From assembly GCA_045112915.1 (NCBI GenBank), contig JBGUIK010000058.1, positions 4,525 to 68,524 on the forward strand: DNA of 64,000 nucleotides, written 5' to 3'. The notes beneath the pieces are model-generated. The model was not told where the DNA came from, searched no databases, and was given only the letters and a program-made list of their open reading frames with translations. Numbering within the stretch: position 1 is the first letter of the stretch; each line of letters begins with the position of its first letter. Made by a program: the position numbers and the translations under genes. This DNA is from Lachnospiraceae bacterium (GTDB lineage: Bacteria; Bacillota; Clostridia; Lachnospirales; Lachnospiraceae). This document shows, piece by piece, positions 58,365-64,000 of the stretch.

Positions 58365-58883
58365 TTATGCTTTCTTCGGTTCCGGGTAATTGACACCCTG
58401 CGTATCGACAGTCATTGAAGAAATGACCTGAGGCTTAAGCGGCTTATCGGCAAAGTTGGTGCGCTGAGATGCAATCTTGTCGACGACGTCAATGCCCTCG
58501 GTGATCTTGCCGAATGAGGCGTACTGACCGTCGAGATAGGGGGCATCCTTGTGCATGATAAAGAACTGGCTGCCCGCAGAGTCCGGGTGCTGCGCGCGGG
58601 CCATGGAAAGAACGCCGGCCGTGTGCTTTAAGGTATTCTGGAACCCGTTCATCGCGAATTCGCCGGGAATCGTGTAGCCGGGACCGCCCATGCCGGTGCC
58701 GTCCGGGCATCCGCCCTGGATCATGAAACCGTAGATGACACGGTGAAAGGTGAGTCCGTTGTAGAAACCTGCATTTATGAGACTGATGAAGTTATTGACT
58801 GTATTAGGAGCGATTTCCGGATAAAGCTCCGCCTTCATTACACTGCCGTCTGCCATAGTGATGGTTACGATCGGATATGCCAT
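58365..58883 (-). CDS. Cyclophilin-type peptidyl-prolyl isomerase
   Basis: FHRVIYGFMIQGG, LSMARA, SAGSQFFI, LDGQYASFG. Confidence 0.96.
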   Translation of the reverse strand: MAYPIVTITMADGSVMKAELYPEIAPNTVNNFISLINAGFYNGLTFHRVIYGFMIQGGCPDGTGMGGPGYTIPGEFAMNGFQNTLKHTAGVLSMARAQHPDSAGSQFFIMHKDAPYLDGQYASFGKITEGIDVVDKIASQRTNFADKPLKPQVISSMTVDTQGVNYPEPKKA

Positions 58884-59187
58884 TATTTTTCTCCTTTGAT
58901 ATTATTTTTGGTAGATACCTCGTATCCGGATTCCTGTTGTCATTGCATGCATGGACATCCGATATATATCTACCGCATGATATTATACGAAAAGAAGCGA
59001 ATTAGTTCAAGAGGCGGTTGAATCCGGAGCTGCCTGTCTGAACTGTTTACCCGCTGTTTACCCTGACAGTATATGACTCATGTGTTTGCAAAAAAGAAAA
59101 CTCGTGGTATACTTAGATGCCCCCGCGCATCGTGCGCTATCATAGAAACGGTACTTTCATACGGGCCCGGACACATAGGAGGAACAC

Positions 59188-59610
59188 ATGCAGGTTTTTG
59201 AGACTTTCAGTGAGGAGGAGACTTACGCCCTCGGCGTAAGGACAGGTGAGAACGCGGCACCGGATACGGTCTATGCGCTGAGCGGAGATCTGGGCGTCGG
59301 AAAGACCGTGTTCACAAAAGGAGTTGCAGCCGGCCTCGGCATCACTGAACCTGTGACCAGTCCCACCTTCACAATTGTTCAGAGCTATCAGGGCGGAAGG
59401 CTTCCGTTCTTTCACTTTGACGTCTACCGAATATCCGACGTCGATGAGATGGAGGAGATCGGTTATGATGACTGTTTCTTCGGCGGCGGGGTGACTATTG
59501 TCGAGTGGGCGGAATTTATTGAGGAACTCATGCCGGAAAACACGATCCATATAAGGATAGAGAAAGATTTGAGCCGGGGGCCCGACATGAGAAGGATCAC
59601 GTTTGAGTGA
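59188..59610 (+). CDS. tsaE: t6A biosynthesis ATPase TsaE
   Basis: GDLGVGKT, VTSPTF, HFDVYR, IVEW. Confidence 0.96.
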   Translation: MQVFETFSEEETYALGVRTGENAAPDTVYALSGDLGVGKTVFTKGVAAGLGITEPVTSPTFTIVQSYQGGRLPFFHFDVYRISDVDEMEEIGYDDCFFGGGVTIVEWAEFIEELMPENTIHIRIEKDLSRGPDMRRITFE

Positions 59611-59729
59611 AGTCCGTCTTTCACGCATGAAACAAAGCCTGATCCGGCATAAGGAGTGGCTCCGCACGCATCCCTGCGCACAGATTTCCGAAGGAGTCAT
59701 GAACAGAAACCGCAGAAGAAGGAGACATA

Positions 59730-60458
59730 ATGAAACTGATTGCACTGGACAGCTCAGGGCTTGTCGCCTCGGCAGCTGTTCTTTCTGATAATGAACTGCT
59801 GGCAGAATACACGGTCAATTATAAAAAGACTCACAGTCAGACCCTCCTGCCCATGCTCGATGAGATATCGAGCATGATAAATCTTGACCTCAGTGAGGTG
59901 GACGCGGTGGCAGTAGCAGCCGGTCCCGGTTCTTTTACCGGACTGCGCATCGGTTCCGCGACGGCCAAAGGACTGGGACTTGCACTCGGTATTCCCATCA
60001 TCGAGGTGCCTACGCTCGCAGGTCTTGCATATAATCTGTTCGACGCCAAGGGACTCATCGTGCCGTGTATGGACGCGCGCAGAAAACAGGTATACAACGG
60101 AATATACAGATTTGAAAATCATAAGCTCATCACTATTATGGATCAGCGCCCGATTGCGGCATCAGAACTGATTGACGAGATCTGCGCTATGGAACCTTGG
60201 CTGACAAAGGACGGGGTGATCTTTTTGGGTGACGGAGTGCCCGTCATTGCGGAGGAGAGTGAGAGATTATCGGTTTCGTATTCATATGCGCCTGCCCACG
60301 TCGGAAAACAGAGAGCGGCGTCTGTCGGCGCCCTGGCGCTTGTGCTGTACGCAGAAGGCCGGTATGTGAAGGCGGAGGAGCACGCGCCGATCTACCTGCG
60401 AAAATCGCAGGCTGAGCAGGAACGTGAGCGCCGGATGGCCGGAAAGGATTCTCTATGA
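59730..60458 (+). CDS. tsaB: t6A biosynthesis protein TsaB
   Basis: ALDSS, HSQTLLP, GPGSFTGLRIG, DARR. Confidence 0.96.
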   Translation: MKLIALDSSGLVASAAVLSDNELLAEYTVNYKKTHSQTLLPMLDEISSMINLDLSEVDAVAVAAGPGSFTGLRIGSATAKGLGLALGIPIIEVPTLAGLAYNLFDAKGLIVPCMDARRKQVYNGIYRFENHKLITIMDQRPIAASELIDEICAMEPWLTKDGVIFLGDGVPVIAEESERLSVSYSYAPAHVGKQRAASVGALALVLYAEGRYVKAEEHAPIYLRKSQAEQERERRMAGKDSL

Positions 60459-60955
60459 TCATCAGGGAGATGCGGTTTGATGATATCTCACCGGTCGCCG
60501 AACTTGAGCGGGCTTACTCTCTGACTCCCTGGGATGAGAACGGACTGCTCACTTACCTGCTTCGCGAGGATACGCTCTTTCTGGTCGCGTCGGACGAGTT
60601 TCCTGAGGACTATGATCCGGAAGCGGTGGATGAGGACAATTTCTTCTGGCCGGAGATCTACGGCTATGTCGGACTTCTCATGGTGCCCTACGAGGCGGAT
60701 GTACTGAACATTACGGTGAGCGGGAAAGTGAGGAATCGCGGAATCGGCACCAATCTCATGAGAGAAATCCTTGAGAGAGCGAAGAAATACGGTGTGACGG
60801 ACATTCACCTGGAGGTAAGGGAATCGAATGAGGCTGCGATCCATCTGTATGAAAAGCTTGGATTTGTCAGAGACGGAATAAGGAAAAATTACTATACGGC
60901 ACCTGTTGAAAATGCTGTCACCATGACAGCCAGACAGGAGCCTCAGATACTTTGA
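60455..60955 (+). CDS. rimI: RimI-like GNAT acetyltransferase
   Basis: RNRGIG, LEVRESN..AIHLYEKLGF...RKNYY. Confidence 0.92.
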   Translation: MIIREMRFDDISPVAELERAYSLTPWDENGLLTYLLREDTLFLVASDEFPEDYDPEAVDEDNFFWPEIYGYVGLLMVPYEADVLNITVSGKVRNRGIGTNLMREILERAKKYGVTDIHLEVRESNEAAIHLYEKLGFVRDGIRKNYYTAPVENAVTMTARQEPQIL

Positions 60956-60968
60956 AATGGAGATATGA

Positions 60969-61880
60969 ATGCTGGATGTCAGTTTACTTGGAACAGGTGG
61001 GATGATGCCTCTGCCAAAGAGGTGGGTCACATCCTGTCTCATGCGATATAACGGAGCAAGCCTGCTCGTCGACTGCGGTGAGGGAACGCAAATCGCCCTG
61101 AGAGAGAAAGGCTGGTCGTTCAAGCCGATCAATACAATTCTGCTCACGCATTTTCATGCGGACCATATTGCGGGTCTGCCGGGATTTCTGCTGACGATGG
61201 GTAATTCTGACAGGACGGAGCCGGTCCGGGTCATTGGACCTAGGGGAACGCCGAGGATGATGGCCGCCGTGCGCACGCTGGCGCCGGAGCTTCCGTTCGA
61301 TCTGGAGATTATCGAGATAGAAGGAAACGAGCAGACGTTCCATATTGACGGAATGGATATCACAGCCTTCAGGGTAAACCATAATATTACGTGCTACGGT
61401 TATGAGGTGAGCATAAAAAGAAGCGGCAAGTTCGATGCGGCAAGGGCAAGGGAACATCAGATCCCGCTTAAGTTCTGGAATCCTCTCCAGAAGGGGCAGA
61501 CGATTGAAAGCGACGGGAGAGTCTTTACTCCCGACATGGTACTTGGCGCGGAGCGAAAGGGATTAAAAGTCGTCTATACGACGGACACGAGACCGACGGA
61601 ATCAATTGGAGAACATGCGAAGGGCGCGGATCTCTTTATATGCGAGGGCATGTACGGCGAGCCCGGCATGGAGAAAAAAGCCAGAGAGCACAGGCATATG
61701 ACAATGATGGAGGCGGCTGAGATCGCCAGGAAGGCTGAGCCCGCGCGTATGTGGCTCACACATTTCTCGCCGTCGCTTGTACGCCCTGACCTGTATATGG
61801 ATACGGTGCGAGAAGTATTTCCCGAAGCCATCGCTGCAAGAGACGGACAGGAGATCACGCTGAATTTTGAGGAGGAATGA
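60969..61880 (+). CDS. rnz: Ribonuclease Z
   Basis: LGTGG, DCGEGTQ, THFHADH, YTTDTRP, LTHFS. Confidence 0.95.
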   Translation: MLDVSLLGTGGMMPLPKRWVTSCLMRYNGASLLVDCGEGTQIALREKGWSFKPINTILLTHFHADHIAGLPGFLLTMGNSDRTEPVRVIGPRGTPRMMAAVRTLAPELPFDLEIIEIEGNEQTFHIDGMDITAFRVNHNITCYGYEVSIKRSGKFDAARAREHQIPLKFWNPLQKGQTIESDGRVFTPDMVLGAERKGLKVVYTTDTRPTESIGEHAKGADLFICEGMYGEPGMEKKAREHRHMTMMEAAEIARKAEPARMWLTHFSPSLVRPDLYMDTVREVFPEAIAARDGQEITLNFEEE

Positions 61881-61889
61881 GACAGATAC

Positions 61890-62912
61890 ATGGACGGACA
61901 TATAGATATACTGGCGATTGAGAGTTCCTGTGATGAGACTGCCGCCGCTGTTGTAAGGGATGGCAGAGAGGTGCTTTCCAATGTCATTTACTCGCAGATC
62001 GATATGCACACTGTCTACGGCGGCGTTGTTCCGGAACTTGCGTCCCGCGCACATATAGAAAAAATTAATTATGTGATCCAGAAGGCTCTTGATGACGCGG
62101 GCATGGAGCTCAAAGATACGGACGCGATAGCGGTGACCTACGGACCGGGACTTGTCGGTGCGCTGCTCGTCGGTGTGGCAGAGGCCAAGGCAATTGCGTG
62201 GGCGGCAAAAAAACCGCTCATAGGTGTACATCACATCGAAGGACATATTTCTGCCAATTACATTGAACATCCGGATCTTGTCCCGCCTTACCTCGGACTT
62301 ATCGTGTCCGGCGGACACACGCACCTGGTCATTGTCGAGGACTGGGCGAAATTCAGGATCCTGGGGAGGACAGTCGATGATGCCGCGGGAGAGGCATTTG
62401 ATAAAGTGGCCAGAGCAATCGGACTCGGGTATCCGGGCGGACCGAAAATCGATAAGATATCGAAGGAAGGGAACCCGAACGCGGTCCGCTTTACGAAGGC
62501 CAAGGTGAACGGCTCGGAGTATGACTTCAGTTTCAGCGGACTTAAGAGTGCGGTGCTTAATTATCTCAATCAGGCTGAGATGAAGCATGAGGAAGTGAAC
62601 CGCGCGGATCTTGCGGCAAGCTTCCAGAAATCAGTCGTGGACGTCATATGTGAACACACACTTAAGGCAGCAAAGGATTACGGTATTAAAAATGTCGCGG
62701 TGGCAGGCGGTGTCGCGTCGAACAGCGGACTCAGAGAAGGGCTGAGGAAAATGTGCGATGCGAACAGTCTCCGGCTATTCATCCCGTCGCCGGTCTACTG
62801 TACGGATAATGCGGTCATGATCGGAGCGGCCGCGTTCCACGAGTACGAGGCCGGAACGAGAAGCGGATGGGACCTGAACGCTGTACCGGGACTCAGGCTT
62901 GGGGAGAAATAA
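61890..62912 (+). CDS. tsaD: t6A synthase TsaD
   Basis: [43 protein letters not shown]. Confidence 0.97.
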   Translation: MDGHIDILAIESSCDETAAAVVRDGREVLSNVIYSQIDMHTVYGGVVPELASRAHIEKINYVIQKALDDAGMELKDTDAIAVTYGPGLVGALLVGVAEAKAIAWAAKKPLIGVHHIEGHISANYIEHPDLVPPYLGLIVSGGHTHLVIVEDWAKFRILGRTVDDAAGEAFDKVARAIGLGYPGGPKIDKISKEGNPNAVRFTKAKVNGSEYDFSFSGLKSAVLNYLNQAEMKHEEVNRADLAASFQKSVVDVICEHTLKAAKDYGIKNVAVAGGVASNSGLREGLRKMCDANSLRLFIPSPVYCTDNAVMIGAAAFHEYEAGTRSGWDLNAVPGLRLGEK

Positions 62913-63032
62913 TTTCATGGCGGGCGTAAAGCCTGCTTAAAAACGCGGCGTTTTTTCAATGCCGGAATATCTCAAAATGAGATGCTTCCCGCGTCTTTGG
63001 CAGCGGGCAGTAAGAATGTATGGAGGTCCCTT

Positions 63033-63695
63033 ATGAATGCAGCAATTATTGTGGCGGCCGGAACAGGCTCGCGCATGAATTCCGCAACTCCCAAGCAGTT
63101 TCTTCCTCTTGACAACGAGATGGTGCTCACTCGGACGGTAAGAAAATTTGAGGAGAGTCCTGAAATTCAGGAAATCGTACTGGTAGTCTCACCGGACTGG
63201 GCTGATTTTGTTAAGACGGAGATCGTTCTCAAAGAGAATTTTCGCAAAGTGAAGAAAATCGTCAATGGCGGGGCGGAACGCTATGATTCCGTTTATTCGG
63301 GGCTGCTGGCCTGCCCGGAGGCGGATTACGTATTTATTCATGACGGAGCGAGACCGTTCGTGACAGAGGATATTATCAGGAGATGTGCTTCGGAGGTCGA
63401 GACTTATCAGGCAGTCGCGGCAGGTATGCTGGTCAAGGACACGATCAAGATCGCTGATGAGAATGGCTTTGTCAGCAGTACGCCCGACCGCAGGCGAGTG
63501 TGGACTATTCAGACTCCGCAGGTCTTTTCATACGCAATCATAAGAGCCGCGTATGAACTCATCAGGGACTCGGACATGACAAAGATCACAGACGACGCGA
63601 TGGTGGTCGAGGCGGCAGGGCTTACAAAGGTCCGGCTTGTCGAAGGATCCTACAGCAATATTAAGATCACAACTCCCGAGGATTTGAAAATCTGA
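63033..63695 (+). CDS. ispD: 2-C-methyl-D-erythritol 4-phosphate cytidylyltransferase
   Basis: AAGTGSRM, PKQF, GGAERYDSV, HDGARP, QTPQ, NIKITTPEDL. Confidence 0.96.
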   Translation: MNAAIIVAAGTGSRMNSATPKQFLPLDNEMVLTRTVRKFEESPEIQEIVLVVSPDWADFVKTEIVLKENFRKVKKIVNGGAERYDSVYSGLLACPEADYVFIHDGARPFVTEDIIRRCASEVETYQAVAAGMLVKDTIKIADENGFVSSTPDRRRVWTIQTPQVFSYAIIRAAYELIRDSDMTKITDDAMVVEAAGLTKVRLVEGSYSNIKITTPEDLKI

Positions 63696-63703
63696 TTTTG
63701 CTG

Positions 63704-63732
63704 TTGCTTTTTTGCGCAGGCTTTGTTATAAT
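63704..63732 (+). promoter_or_regulatory. sigmaA promoter of tRNA-Ser
   Basis: TTGCTT-17-TATAAT with an extended TGn. Confidence 0.75.
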
Positions 63733-63759
63733 AATCTAGCTGTCTGAGACAGCACATAT

Positions 63760-63845
63760 GGAGAGGTATCGAAGCGGTCATAACGAGGCGGTCTTGAAAA
63801 CCGTTTGTCCTAACGGGCGCATGGGTTCGAATCCCATCCTCTCCG
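63760..63845 (+). tRNA. tRNA-Ser (TGA)
   Basis: GGAGAGG acceptor stem, anticodon loop CTTGAAA, long variable arm, GTTCGAATC. Confidence 0.96.
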
Positions 63846-63848
63846 CTT

Positions 63849-63877
63849 AAGGGCGTCCTTTCGGGGACGTCCTTTTT
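63849..63877 (+). terminator. Intrinsic terminator
   Basis: AAGGGCGTCC-TTTCG-GGGACGTCC-TTTTT. Confidence 0.75.
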
Positions 63878-63942
63878 CTTACCCGCCAAGGCCGGGTCAC
63901 GTTCGAATTTGAGAAAATATAGTATTTACGGAGGCGTATATA

Positions 63943-64000
63943 ATGACAGAAAACCTGATCAACAGATTTCTTAACTATGTGGCAATCGACACTCAGAGCG
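63943..64000 (+). CDS. pepT: Peptidase T, N-terminal fragment cut by the window end
   Basis: MTENLINRFLNYVAIDTQS matches the PepT start (RFL.YV..DTQS); GGAGG RBS. Confidence 0.8.
   Translation, partial: MTENLINRFLNYVAIDTQS

Noticed and set aside
59188-63695. rnz and ispD inside the tsaE-tsaB-rimI-tsaD cluster as a novelty
   Set aside because: From general knowledge this arrangement is ordinary in related Clostridia.

Overview
Bacterial chromosomal window with gene content typical of Clostridia, probably Lachnospiraceae. The left ~10 kb is visibly AT-richer and sits at the 3' end of a tRNA-Met. It carries a complete type I-C CRISPR-Cas system: cas3-cas5-cas8c-cas7-cas4-cas1-cas2, a leader and at least 18 repeats, all on the minus strand. 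The strongest finding is upstream of cas3: a solitary degenerate CRISPR repeat with its own promoter, followed by an 18-nt guide. The guide matches (17/18, mismatch at position 12) a TTC-PAM-flanked site next to the -35 box of the cas operon promoter. This looks like a crRNA-like RNA that directs type I-C Cascade to repress its own operon. The remainder is mostly housekeeping: an ECF sigma/anti-sigma pair, cls, a LacI-regulated sugar ABC locus with a catalytically broken GH32 and a GH78-like enzyme, nth, udp-deoD-cdd, paaK-ACT, a Gld-type ABC system, ispF-cysE-mrnC-rlmB-sigH (no cysS), metY, HPr, ftsH, PBP1A, glucokinase/hprK, an SLH cysteine protease, uvrC, tsaE-tsaB-rimI-rnz-tsaD-ispD, tRNA-Ser and the start of pepT. 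The intergenic regions hold at least three dispersed inverted-repeat families and several candidate small RNAs. All calls are by eye from the sequence and known family motifs; no searches were run.
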